Positions 26,367-39,212 are shown, numbered from the stretch's first letter. The stretch: 64,000 nucleotides of DNA from Isurus oxyrinchus (GCA_026770705.1 JANJGN010000011.1:105090001-105154000), one strand, 5' to 3'. The notes: generated from the letters alone by a model not told the origin. Translations and numbers: made by a program.

Positions 26367-29316
26367 TCACCATAAATTTGTTGGTTACTTTGTTGAACAA
26401 GGGCTTCTCTTTCACTGTCACTATTTACAACAGAATCAGTTGCAGAGGGCCCAAAGTCTTCTGTATCTCCTATTCTTCGACGATGATTTTCTATGACTAA
26501 CTATGGGGCTTATATTGTGTGAGGTCCCAGAGTCTTCATGGGTGACTGGCCGCATTACCTTACTAAGCATTATGACCATGCCCTTGGGTGTGTCACACAC
26601 CCTGCTGGTTTCCACCTTCTAAGCCATTGTCCAACTAATTTGTTGGAACTAACTTTGACCTCTTTTGCTATTCCCAGACTTCCTGCATATTAGAAGGCAA
26701 TTATGCTTCCACAGCACACCAGCTGAAGCTGCTGGCCCCCCCATTTAGTTTTCCCAACTGCTTAGTCAAGAATCCTGGGAATGACAGCTGATGCGCACAA
26801 CCAGCTACTTGGAGTCATAAGTGAGAGTCTACGGTGGATGAAAAGCGAAGTGCGTTGTTTAATGTTAGTTTTTTCCTTAATATGCACATTGACTACTCAC
26901 GGAACACAGAACTGAAGGCGCATCATCTAACAATATGGTACCATTTTCAGTCTCAGCTTTGATGATAAAAGATTTTCACTGCCACTGAAAATTGTTGGTA
27001 AATTCTTTCACTATTGTCTGGATGCTGCCATCTTCTGTGGCGTTTATACTGTTCATATTACTGAGCATGCCTCTTGAGGGGGAAAAAAATGTAGAATTAT
27101 TAGAGAGACCTTAAAGAAGCACAGTATTTCATATTTGTAATGGCAGCTCTAGCATTCCCAGTTGTCTATATGACAACACCAAAACAGGAGCTGGCTATTT
27201 TAAGAAATAAGTCAGTCCGAGAACTCTTTAGCGCAGAGACTGCTCCATCTCGACACTGCCAAAAAAAACAAGCAACTGTATTGGTGGGTGGGGGAGGGAG
27301 GACAAAATAGGAGCTTAGACCTGCACTGCACCAAAATGTATTTGTGATTGTGAAATGAAGCACAAATTAAATTTTGCTTTGATGCAGATTGAATTTTTTT
27401 TCCCTATCCCCATCCATCTCAGACCACGGAAAAGTCATTACCAACCCCGTTCCACAAATCCGGTATAAAATGAATTTGAATTGAGGCCACCCACACATAT
27501 ATAAAAAACATAATTCCAAGAACCCTTTATCTTGAGTTATGATTTTTTTTGTTTGTTGCGTCTGTTTCATTGAATGTTTTAATTCTATTTATTTGCTGAC
27601 CCCCTTTTTCTGCCCCCCAGTGATACCCATTGAACTGATTTGTCAGACTCCACATAAGAAAAAGAACTTTAAAAATATTAGAAAACTAATAGCCACCTCC
27701 CACGCCATTTGAATATTAGGAATGAATAGCGGAAGCAAGCTGTAGCTTTTACTATGCATGAATCATCTACTTTCTTATTTACACACATGATTAAAATTTT
27801 ATTTTACTCTACAATGTCCAGTAACTTCCCCCTCAAATAATGTAATTTATTTAGACTCATTTAAACAGGGACAACATGAAGTACCAAATTCAACTCTGTA
27901 AGTAAACAGATAGAATACACATGCCAAGCTGAGAAACATTTAGTTTTTAACAGCTACTTTTCCAGTATGCTAACGATGCTGGGTCAGTTATTTGTATTAG
28001 TCTGCTGGACTCAGTGTGCAAGTCCTGTGTAGTCCTCTTTCCCATGTTCTTGTAGTTCAAAAATGTCATTGCTGCAGTTCTTGACTTTGTGTGATGTTGT
28101 AAAATGGGTGAAAGTGAATCCATAGTTCTTTTTCGAGTAGTTTTTAAAATTTATTCTTTCAGGGAATGTGGTTGTCATTGACAAAGCCAGTATTTCATAG
28201 GGGTGATTGAATCCCCCTGGACTGAAACTTGAGGAAGGGAAGAGTAGGAGTGGCTAGAATCTGTAATTATAAATAGGGAGTTACAGAAATGCAATACAAA
28301 TAGTTAATGTCAAAGTTTCATATTATTGTTAGAAAGTAGATAGCATACTTGACAGAGGTGTAGTGTAAGGGTTAACACTTAGGATATGCTCATGTATGAT
28401 GTAAATGATTGTAGTAATTGTGGTTTTATTTAGTGTGTAATGTACCTTTAAGAATAATACTTGTTAGGCAAGTTCACATGATCTGTAGTAACCAATAGGA
28501 GAGTACCGCGGGCTCCCTCAGCAGTCAGTGTAGCGATGGAGTTAGAGTTGAAAGCACACATGTAGTTGCTGCTGAGTATATTGTAACTAAACGTAATGTT
28601 TCCAACCAAGAAGTGTGTGCAGATCAACTCTGTTACTGATAGTACAACACGGCCACCTTACTACAAACTGGTGATGGGGATAAATCAGATCCAATACTGT
28701 ACCTCGCCCAGCTATTGTGAGTGTTTAAGATAATTAAAAATAAAGGAAGATATACTCACCAGGTATGCAGTCGCTTTGAGTTGGGGAAAGTACAGTCCGG
28801 ATGGCTGAGAGGTCTCCCGGAGCACTCCCGGCATTTGGAGGATGTGCCAAAGTTGCTAGGCTCCTGAGTGGCAATTCACAGGATAGGTGAGTAGGGTAGG
28901 AGGGGAGGGGAAGAATCTGCGCTTGCATTGTGGGGTAGATGGCAGCCCTGCAGACTCAGTGGGTTGGAGAGGCTGGCACAGTTATCAAGTTAAAGGAAGG
29001 AGGGCGGTCAGAGCAGAAAGCAATGCTGCAGTTTTAAATTTAAAAAAAAAGAGGCCATGAAGAATCACCCAGAGAGGGGAGAAGATTTCACTGCTGTGAT
29101 TTTTTTCTGAACAAGAATGAGGTTTTGCAAAGTTGAAAGCAAAGAAGGCCCGGAGGGATCCTGCCAAAACTCGAAAAGCATGGGAAACACAGCACAGAAA
29201 GCTGACAGCTGCAGAGACAGCCCAAGTTAAATAAAGGTGACTGCTCTAAAAGTGGCAATACATTTAAATTGGTAAATACAAGAAAAATGGCTATGGGCAG
29301 AAAATTAGAAGAAACC

Positions 29317-29937
29317 CCAGAGAGAGGGCAGCTCTGTGGAAGGCAACACGAGAACTCAGACAGCGGGCAACTCTGTGGAAGAAAGCAAGTGGGCCCAGAG
29401 AGAGGGCACTCTGCAGAAGGCAACCAGGGGCCCCCGATGGAGGGCAACTCTGTTGAAGGCAGTCAGGTTCTCCCAATGGAGAGCAACTCTGTAGAAGGCA
29501 ACTAGGGACCCCCGAGACAGGGCAACTCTGCAGAAAGCAACCAGGGACCCCCGAGACAGGGCAACTCTGCAGAAAGCAACCAGGGACCCCCGAGACAGGG
29601 CAACTCTACAGAAAGCAACCAGGGACCCCCGAGACAGGGCAACTCTGCAGAAAGCAACAAGGGACCCCCGAGGGAGGGCAACTCTGCAGAAGGCAACTAG
29701 GGACCCCCGAGACAGGGCAACTCTGCAGAAAGCAACCAGGGACCCCCGAGACAGGGCAACTCTGCAGAAAGCAACAAGGGACCTCCGAGACAGGGCAACT
29801 CTGCAGAAAGCAACAAGGGACCTCCGAGGGAGGGCAACTCTGCAGAAGGCAACTAGGGACTTCCGAGACAGGGCCACTCTGCGGAAAGCAACAAGGGGCC
29901 CCCGAGGGAGGGCAACTCTGCAGAAGGCAACCAGAGA
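29317..29937 (+). repeat. 39-bp tandem array, about 16 units
   Basis: Unit CCAGGGACCCCCGAGACAGGGCAACTCTGCAGAAAGCAA, read as QGPPRQGNSAESN on +. Confidence 0.95.
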
Positions 29938-29954
29938 CCGTCAAGGGAGGTAAA

Positions 29955-30400
29955 CAAGCAATTAAACAGTTTAAAGAACAGTTGATTGTCCTTCAAAATC
30001 ATATACAAAAGGAATGCATAACCACTCATCAGGCTGTCTCAAACAGTGGAATGGAAGCACAACAGAAGAAACATGAAGAGGGCTCAAGAGAAGCCCTGGG
30101 AGTTGAGTATAGCTGAATCCAGCCAGGAGACAGGCGTTTGGAAAAACTCCAGGGCAGTGCCAGCTCAGTGAAGCTAGCTGTCTACCAAAGAGCTGAAGAA
30201 CCCGCAAAATGAAACCAAAGAGGCTCTGGAAGCAAAAGTTTCAGAATTTCCCAAGAAGCAGCAGAAAATGAAATTTTGGGAGATTCAGCCACTGAGCTCA
30301 GACAATTTGAGCTTGCATAGAGAAGTCTGGCCAATAGTGAAGTCAGAAAGAAGGACGAGATTAAAGTCTGCACTAGAAAGAAGAAGGTATGTCGAATGAA
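29955..30400 (+). pseudogene. Coiled-coil cargo fragment homologous to 42850-43490
   Basis: Manual translations NHIQKECITTHQ..MEAQQKKHEE, KELKNPQNETKEALEAKV and VWPIVKSERRTRLKSALERRR align with the other copy. Confidence 0.7.
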
Positions 30401-32699
30401 GATACACAAATAGTAATAGGGCCTCCAACCGGTTATGGAGAAAGTAAGAGCCATAAGAGAGGCACCTGCGCCAAAGAATGCCTCAGAGCTCAATCTTTCC
30501 TAGGAATGATTAACTATTATGGGTGGTTCTTATCTAATTTGTCTACAGTGCTGGCCCCCCTGCATTCTTTACTCAACATTGGTCTGGGTAGCCGCCCCAG
30601 AAATAAGCTTTCATAAAAGTGAAACAATTGTTGCACTCATCCAATCTGTTAGTGCATTATGATCAGACGAAAGAATTGGTGCTGATGTAACACATCTCCC
30701 TACAGAGCGGGGGCAGTGCTCTCTCATAGGATGGATGACGGCATAGAACGGCCAATAGATTACTTATCACCACAGCGGTAAAGGGATACTCGCAAATAGA
30801 AAAAGAAGGCTTGTCTATCAACTTTGGTGTCAAGAAATTTCACCAGTACATGCCATTTTACCATCATTTCAGACCACAAACCATTGCTAGGATTGTTTAG
30901 TGAGGACAAGGCTATATACTCAGCCTTAGCAAGAATACAACGATGGGCCTTAGTTACACAAATACGCTTTCGTACATAGGCCTGGCAATCACATCGCAAA
31001 CAGCGATGCCCTTAGTCATTTACCTTTACAAGAAAATGATGAGCACCTCCTAGTTCCACAGGAACTTGTTTAACTGTCAAATTTCTTAGATTCCTCACCA
31101 GTATGTGCTCGACAGATCAGAGACTGGACAAGTCGGGACCCAGTCCTATCTCAAGTATGAGAACAAGGGCTACATGTTTGGTCACAGGAGCCCACACCTG
31201 ACTTAATGAAACCATACTTCAACAGAAGACATGAAATAATCAGCCAGGATAGCATCTTATTCTGGAGCGCATGAGTGATAGTTCCTCCAAAGGCAAGGGA
31301 GCCGCTTTTAATTGAACTACAAAGTGCGTATCCAGGAATTTCCTGAATGAAGACCATAGCACGCAGCTATCTGATGGCCTGGGATGGATGGCGAAATAAA
31401 GGGTTTAGTAAAGCACTGTGTGCAACTGCAAATGTTGCCACTGATGGCTCCATTACATCCATGGGAGTGGCCAGGTAGACCCTGGGTGCAGTTACACATT
31501 GACTACGTTCAACCTTTCCTGGGAACAATGTTTCTGCTCATTGTCAATGCCCATTCAAAATGGTTGGATTTATTTGAGGTGAAGTCACCAACGCCGGGCA
31601 CTACAATTGAGAAACTATGTAAGAGTTTTGCCATTCACGAACTTCCATAAGTAGTTGTTTCTGATAACGGCACGGCACTTACTAGTGCTCAGTTTCAATG
31701 GGTTATCAGCCCCAACAGTATCACTGATGTGAAAACTGCACCATACCTGAATACCTGACTTCCTCAAACAGACTGGCCAAAAGGGCAGTTCAAACATTCA
31801 AGGCAGGCATGAAAAAGCTAACTGGTGATTCCTTGGCAACCAAGCTAGCACGTTTTCTTTTTCATTACAGGACCACTCCTCATCACAACAACAGGTGGCA
31901 CACCTGCTGAGATATTGTTGAAATGCCATCTCAGGACAAGATTGAGCTTAATAATGCCAAATTTAGAGGGAAAGGTGGAAAGGAGACAGGGAAGCCAGAA
32001 AAACTAGACACGACTGGCATAGTTGCAAGACGAAATATACTGTGGAAGTGTCAGTATACATGAAGAACTGCAGGGAAGGATCAAAGTGGTTACTGGGTGA
32101 AATAAGTGGGGTGACTGGAACTCTATCTTACTATGTGGAGATGGAAGGCTGGATCATCCATAAACAGGTGGACCATTTAAGGAAGAGAGAGACAAGTCAT
32201 CAAGACTTGGTTGTACCAGTGATCACAACCGGGTCTGCGTTTCCTGTTGAGGATACTCAAACCAGAACTGTTTCTGTAAGAGTTGAGGATACCGAACTGC
32301 AATTGCCCACCAAAGCAATTGATGTTCAGGCAACTCCAGGAAAGGAGGTACCTGACAAAGAGTCTGAAGTTGTGGAGCTGTGATGTTCCACACATACCAG
32401 GAAACCACCTAAAAGACTGAACTTGTAAATTCATTACCCAGTGTAAATATTATGTTGTCTTGAAAAAATGTACTTGTAAATATAGTATGCATAGCTGAGC
32501 TAAAGGGGGAGGAATGTAGTAATTATGATTTTATTTAGTGAGTAATTTATCTTTAAGAATAATACTTGTTAAGAAAATCACATGATCTGTAGTAACCAAT
32601 AGGAGAGTAACACTGGCTACCTCAGCAGTCAGTGTAGAGATGAATTTGAAGATGAAAGCACACATGTAGTTGCTGCTGAGTATATTGTAAATAAACTTA

Positions 32700-33374
32700 G
32701 GGAAGGATTTTCCACTAAGCGTGCAGGCACGCACCGACACGCCCAAGTGTGAAACAACGTGCGATGACGTCAGGTGAGCGTCCCAACATCACTGCGAACT
32801 CGTGAGATATTTCGGTCAGCGAGCACTCATGAGAGTCGGCAGCGGGACTGCTGACAATTAAAATGCCTATTAAGGTCATTACTCAATTAATTCACCTGCA
32901 TTTTTCACAGCCTGTCCCAGGTGGGCGAATCAGCCATGTGGCCTTTGGATTTTGAGGATATCTCATCCATAGCGGGATGAGGTTTTTGTAATTACATTTT
33001 TTTTAAATGTTTAGGTAGAGTTTTTAAAATCTAAATGTTAAGGTGAGTGAGTCCGCTGTTTTTTTCCAGAATTTTAAAAACTTCATTGATTGGTTTAAAA
33101 TACTTCACTCCCTGAGGCAGCCCTCTGCCTTCAGGGAGCTTTCATTGCACGCTCTCCCGCACCTGTGCTGACTTCAGTGCTCGCCCTACCCCCACCACCC
33201 ACCTACCCCCCCCCCCCCCCCCCTCCCCCCACTATCCACCTTGGCAGCGCTGAGCCGTTAATTGACCAGCCAGCTTGAAATCACAGTCGGGAGCCAATCG
33301 TGGGCAGCAGATCATTTCCTGGCCATTCCCAGGCCCGCCCGCCATGCTCGCTCTACGACCTGAAAATCCTGCCC
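32700..33374. mobile_element. Harbinger-type MITE inside the Gypsy 3' LTR
   Basis: TIRs GGGAAGGATTTTC / GAAAATCCTGCCC and TSD TTA. The 5' LTR shows the empty site. Confidence 0.92.
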
Positions 33375-33591
33375 TTAATGTTTCCACCCAAGAAGTGTCT
33401 GTGGATCAACTCTATCATTTACAGTACAACTGGGCCACCTTACAACAGTGGTGTACCACTGGCATCAGTCAGTCATGCATTAGACTCTCGTCAGAGAGGT
33501 TGGGATCATTGCTGAAGTGCAATGTGCCTACTTTGTAAGCTGTTTAGATGCAGTGCTAATAAACAAGCATTAAGCAGATACAAAAATATGT

Positions 33592-33738
33592 ATGGATTCA
33601 CCTAGTTCTGTTGAAGGGTCATGAGGACTTGAAACGTCAACTCTTTTCTTCTCCGCCGATGCTGTCAGACCTGCTGAGTTTTTCCAGGTAATTCTGTTTT
33701 TGTTTTGGATTTCCAGCATCCGCAGTTTTTTTGTTTTT
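33592..33738 (+). mobile_element. Short Penelope-like 3'-end insertion with hammerhead motif
   Basis: 14-bp TSD ATACAAAAATATGT at 33578-33591 and 33739-33752. Carries CTGTTGA...GAAACGTC. Confidence 0.9.
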
Positions 33739-34939
33739 ATACAAAAATATGTCTACCGTCTGCCTAAGAACCAAACCCTACTCCTAGAGTCCATGATAGA
33801 AGAACACACCTCACAGCAATCTCTAAGTGTTAGTATTGCTCCCATTTGTTATATATTTATTTAGAATATGTACTAGTGGGTTAATAGATTGTATTTTGAA
33901 TTTTGTTTTTCTGATAAATAGAACATTGACGTATCACTGTTTGTATTATTTTTCCTTCTTTTGTCTTGCTCTGTGCTGAGGTGTTTGAGGCAGCCAACAA
34001 GCACAATAAAATGATCTGTCGTAACTGGTGAAAGCCTGCCCTCTACAGATCTCAATGCATTGAAAGTGTCCCTGATGGTTAATGTGGCTTAGATATTTTC
34101 TTTAGATGAAGGATATTCAAAGAGACAATTAAATGTGGAGACATACTATAGGCTCTCCCAGAAAGGTAATCATATAATCTGGATATCTTAATGTCAATTG
34201 GAAATTAGCATAAATCTACCTGATATCAAGGTTTCCTGGATTAGAATCACAGCAAAGAAATTGGACAGTGCCTGTAAGTGGGCATAGGCATCACAGTGCA
34301 GAATTGAACTGCACCCATTTCTTTTGACTTTTTTAGGCTGATTTACATGATAGTTGCGTGCAGCCAGCACAAAACATGCTGCTGAGTGGCTGCATGCCTC
34401 AGCCAGGGGCCCAGCAAGTTTGTGCAATAATAGCACCACTTAAAGTTAGCCTGTACCTCTTAAAGGGGAGGTGTTTCTTATAGGAGAAAATGATGGAACT
34501 GGTTTCAGAAGAGAGTGCAAGCAAGAAGAATTCTGAGTTGAGGTGCAACAGCGCTGAGAGCATGTTGCAAGGTTTTTAGACATTAGCGCTCGCTGCCTTG
34601 TGGAGGAGGTAGACAGCAGGAAGAGTGACTCTCTATGCACAGGTGACCAGGAGTTTAAAGTGAACAGAGTTTAATGTAGGCTTTCCAGCTGGCTGGAGAG
34701 CTGGCGAGAACCCCACGTCGCCTCTTTTCAGGAAGGCCTGCCAAATTAATTGCCTCTTCATTGCTCAGAGGGGCCACTGGGGAGGCAGTGGCTACTGCTG
34801 GTAATGCACCTGCTTGATGCCCAGGATTGCCAAGAGACCAGGGCCCACAGGTGAGTGATGGCAGGAGGGGAATCACAGGAAGGGGGTTGCGGGGAGGGGA
34901 ACGTGTGTCAGCATCGAGGGCAGGGAGATAGCTCTCAGC

Positions 34940-35135
34940 AGACACAGAAGGCTGTGGAGGCCAGGTCATTGAGTGTATTTAAGACCGATAGGTTCTTGAT
35001 TGGTAAGGGGATCAAAGGTTACGGGGAGAAGGCGGGAGAATGGGGTTGAGAAACTTATCAGCCATGATTGAATGGTGGAGCAGACTCGATGGGCCGAATG
35101 GCCTAATTTCTGCTCCTATGTCTTATGGTCTTATG
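34940..35135 (+). mobile_element. CR1 3' end
   Basis: QKAVEARSLSVFK..DRFL..KGIKGYG and tail TCTGCTCCTATGTCTTATGGTCTTATGG. Confidence 0.85.
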
Positions 35136-36392
35136 GCCCATCCCTTCATCCAAATGTCAGGACCCTTGATCAGACACTGTGCACCTTTGAATGAGAGTCA
35201 ACACCCACCCCCAACACAAAAGCACTGAAAGCCACAAGCAACTCTGACAGGGTTTTCCTTTTGAACTTCCCACATGGTGAATTGTCCTCCCTCCACTGGG
35301 TGAATATCAGCATGGGAAAGAGGAAGCCCTTAAATGGGTATTAATTTCTCATTTAAAGGCCTCATTTGGGGGGATAGGGAGGCCATCCACAAGTCTTCCC
35401 AACCTGGACTTAATGCCCCCTACCACCAAACTCACCACGAGGGAGTGCATTAAATCCCACCCATGTCTGAAGGCTGTTGGAGCAGATAGTTATTACGGTC
35501 AATATCAACAGTGCATCCCTGAATGCAATGCTGCAAGAAGTTCAATGACCATTCACAAATGGCCAAGTCATCAAATTCGCCTTCACGTGCTACATCTCAC
35601 AAACTGGACCATTAGCCTCACACACTGCTCAGTCAGCATACCTCCAAAATTCACCTACCAACTATCTCTACCAATCAGGACTCAGACCTAACCCCACACG
35701 CTGTTGCAAGCCTCACCCCCACATCCCACAGCTTGCACACAATGCCAGCTATTCAACCATGGCAACCACATCACCCATACACACTGCACCACTCTTGCAG
35801 GATAAGGAGGCACATAAACGGAGGCACAAGCATCGATCAGCTAAGTATGGCTGCATGTCTTTATCCCTCATGGAGAAGATGGTACTTGACGTCATTGGCG
35901 TGATCATGAATTAAGGTCGTGGCCAAAGGCTGGGCTGAAACCATTGAAGACAACTGTATGCTCATATCTAATCCTCCTACTCATATCCCACCTCATTTTA
36001 CAATCCCTCCAAATTTCCAAGCTGCAGATGGTGCAAGAATGCACCTTTTGCATTTCCCCACCAACTCCCTTCTTGTCACTGCACCTTTGTGACATTCTCT
36101 TTTAAGATATCCATGAACAGCCACCTACACAGGAGATATCATAGAGGAAGAGGTGAAACTGAAACAGCAAGAAGACAGTGATGAAGAAGAAACACTGTTA
36201 CCTGTTCAGATACTGACACCACGCATCCTTTATAGGATACTTTAGATGCAGGTTCTGCAGGTGGTGAGACAACGGGCAAGGGTGAGCTGCATGTGGGCAT
36301 GGCACAAGTGCAGCTCAGCTGCCACTTCACAGGAGGCTGAGGTCGCAGATGAGTTTCTGCTGCAGTGGACTCAGATGAGAACTCGGATGGTA

Positions 36393-36625
36393 TGTGTGGT
36401 AAAGTGGAGTATATGTACCTTTAAGAGAATGAAAATGGACTAACCATGTGACAGTACTGACTAACTACTGTACAGCGCAGGCTACTGGTTAACTGTAAGT
36501 CTACAGCTGGAGGTGGTTGTGGGAGCACTCAAGGATTTAGTGCTCTGTCTTCTGTTGCAATAAACAATCACAGTTTATTCTTATGTCAGTCTCTCTCCGT
36601 TATTGATAATGAGCACCAACTAACA
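36393..36625 (+). mobile_element. Small solo LTR (probable)
   Basis: TG...AACA ends, AATAAA, and GTACCTTTAAGA shared with the LTR at 28410. Confidence 0.5.
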
Positions 36626-36739
36626 AGTGAATATGAAGGCATGCAATTCGAGCTAACTTGACCAGTGAACTCAAAGGCTCAAGATATAAAAATATGGCCT
36701 GCAGAAAAAGGCTGATAGGCATGTACATAGAAATACTTG

Positions 36740-37362
36740 GGGCAGGATTTTACGGTCGTCAGGCGGACATGGCAGGCCGGCCAACCCAGGAGCGGCCAAG
36801 AAACTGTCCGCCACCCGCGATCGGCCCCCAACTGCGATTTCATGCTGGCTAGCCAATTAACAGCCAGCCCGTGTGAAAGACGCGCTGAACGGTTCAGCGC
36901 TGCCGGGGTTGGGGGCATGAGGAACATGAGCACAAAAGTCTGTGCATGCATGGGGGAGCGTGCACTGAAAGCTCCCCGAGGGAGCTGCCTCAGGGAGTTG
37001 AAGAATATTAAAAGCAAAAAGAAAGCTTTTAAAAATGTTAAAAACATGTCCCAACATAGAACTCTGTAACAATCGCAGAAACATTATAAAAATTATGGTT
37101 AAAAATGTTTATTTTTTAATTACTGTTGGAAATCTCATCCTGCCTGTGGATGAGGTTTCCAAAAAAATCCAAAGGCCATCTGGCCGATTTGTCCACCCAC
37201 CAACCATATGATTGGACAGACAGCAAACAATTGCTTTTAATTATTTGATTAAGGGCCTTAACAGGCCTCTTAATTGTCCGCCGGCATGCTGCCGACTCTC
37301 GCGTGCTTTTACGCCCGATCGGGCCAGGCACGCACCCACCTTCGGGACGTAAATTTCTGCCC
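36740..37362. mobile_element. Harbinger-type MITE
   Basis: TIRs GGGCAGGATTTTAC / GTAAATTTCTGCCC and TSD TTG. Confidence 0.9.
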
Positions 37363-38779
37363 TTGATGTATTAGTAGGCCGGTCAATGTCCAAGAGGATA
37401 AGGTGTGTGGGGATTTTCGATGATGGGGAATTGGATTGGTTGATTTTATTATAGTCAGCTTGTTCACCGTAGACAGCCCAGCCAGAAAGGGGATACGATT
37501 TTTGCCTCTTCCCTTTCTTTTCCTCCTTCTCCTCCTCATCAGCTAATTGCCTGGTAACCAGGGTTGTGCCTGCATTGTGGTAAGGTTGTGCACCACAATG
37601 AATCTTGACCACTCTCTGCCAAGTTGTGCTGGGCTCCCCCCAAGCGCCCCAGGCAAATGAAGCATTGTCTATGCACCTCAATTGTCTGCTCAATCACACA
37701 TTGTGTAGCAGCATAGATTTCAATACATGCATGCTGCCCATGTGTGCATTGATTGAGCAAGAGTCATGGGCTAGATGACCATGGCACCCTGCAACATGGG
37801 ATAGTCTGCAATCCTGCAGATTCATGCATTCATTCTCCAGCTTCCCTCTGGCAAGATGGAATGAAATCTATTTAGTTCTGCTGAATGTGGACCATCAGTG
37901 ACTTCCCTTATGCAACAGTGGATGGCAAACTGGGAGATGAAGCAAATATCACCTGGAATATCACCTCTAGCTTGGAAGGACCCACACGCATAAAAGTTCA
38001 TAGTCACAAACATTTTCCCAATCACAGGCAATACTGTTCTCGGCAGTTCTGTCTGTGAAGGTGGCAGATTTTATTGAGAACATCTTTGGCGAAGTGGGGA
38101 CATATGATATATTGTTCCTCACTGAGCCTCAGGTAGAATGTTCCTTGAACACTCTGGGTGGATATGGCTTTCTGCTGAGATCCCTTTACCCCCTCTCCCC
38201 CCTCCCTCTGCCAGCAGCTTGTCCTGTTATCGATCACCTCTGCTCATTCTTCTTGTCATGCTGCAGACCAAGGCAGATGTAAACAATTGCACCCATGCCC
38301 AGTAGCAAGTTGTTTGTACTGAACCCTTTAGCACATACTGCACTGTTCCCTGTTGATTTTAGCAACTTTAAACAACTCTAGAAACCACCAAATGCTTTTA
38401 CAATTACAGCAAGAGCCAGGAGAAATAAATCAGCAAGCAACCTTAAGTAGTTGATGATCCATTTAAATGGAGTTAGGGTGCCCTTTGTGCTGCTGAGCAC
38501 AGTTCAGTTGTGCAAGGGTAAGGATGAGCATTAGCTGGAGGGCTAAGCTCCTAAATGGCAGCACTGACGTCAAATCAACTTTTTGACATCACAATCCAAC
38601 TACGCTGCACTATTCTGGTGAACACTCCCTGCATGTGAACTAACAACCTTACAAAAATAGGGTTCTACCCAGCTGGTAACTGAAATATGTTCTCACAGGT
38701 CATGGATGCCATTTTGTAGGTAAAATGTCACTTACTGTGCTGAAAAACCTGCCCTAAGGAACCAAATTTCAGAGCAATA

Positions 38780-39160
38780 GAATCATATAGCACAGAAGGT
38801 AGCCATTCGACAGATCGTACTTATATTGGTTCATTGAAAGAGCTACTCAATTAGTGCCACTCCATCGTTATTTCCCCATGGTGCTACAATTTTCTCATTT
38901 TCAAATATATATCCAATTCCTTATCTGGAAGTTATTATTGAATCAGCTCCCACCACTCTTTCAGGCTCTGTGTTCTAGATCGTAACAATTTATTGCATAA
39001 AAACATCTTCCTCATTTTCTACCTCTTTTCCTAGTAATCTTAACTCTGGTTATTGACCCACCTGTCAGTCAAAAACGTTTCTTCCACCTACTCCATCACG
39101 ACCCTTCAAAATTTTGAACACCTCTCTTTTATCTGCCCTTCTCCTTCTCTGCTCTATAGT
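38780..39160 (-). mobile_element. CR1 3' fragment
   Basis: Homologous to 13640-14030. Confidence 0.7.
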
Positions 39161-39212
39161 ACTCAGTTGGCCTGTAGAATGCAAATTGGAAACCAGACAG
39201 TTTTCTAACAAG

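Larger units (their letters stand above)
17740..26800 (-). mobile_element. Near full-length decayed RTE-clade LINE, fragmented by nested insertions
   Basis: IGTWNMRT (about 25140), VANTFF, NQIDC (21614-21830), KALGIDEV / GFRPGIGTREGIFNL (18847-19212), GVKQGC, and a C-terminal QDNERGNAMTAD followed by an AGC-repeat tail. The 5' UTR extent beyond 26380 is inferred. Confidence 0.8.
28410..33447 (+). mobile_element. Non-autonomous Gypsy element with two LTRs and atypical internal cargo
   Basis: 5' LTR 28410-28665 (TGTAGT...ACTACA), PBS-like TGGTGATGGGGAT, PPT 32502-32514, 3' LTR 32515-33447 split by a MITE. Connection/RNase H/integrase remnants at 30450-32430 (FLGMINYY, PW.QLHIDY, SKW). No gag, protease or RT core seen. 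Confidence 0.92.
34250..38775. mobile_element. Old decayed PIF/Harbinger transposon (Myb remnant +, transposase remnant -)
   Basis: LVEEVD and CKKFND-like remnants on +. MNFYACGSFQ..GDICFISQFAIHCCIREVTD and IEQTI on - (37520-38260). Boundaries approximate, with several nested inserts. Confidence 0.7.

Noticed and set aside
29057-29200. Possible ankyrin-protein N-terminus (NKNEVLQ, AKK..DPAKL) in the orphan segment
   Set aside because: The similarity to RAI14/UACA N-termini is too short and needs frame changes. Unsupported without a search.
29356-29877. 173-aa minus-strand ORF (SLVAFCRVALSRG repeats) as a gene
   Set aside because: It is open simply because the 39-bp unit lacks a stop in that frame.
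29317-29937. CRISPR-like array
   Set aside because: Units are head-to-tail with no unique spacers, there are no cas genes, and the context is eukaryotic TE sequence.
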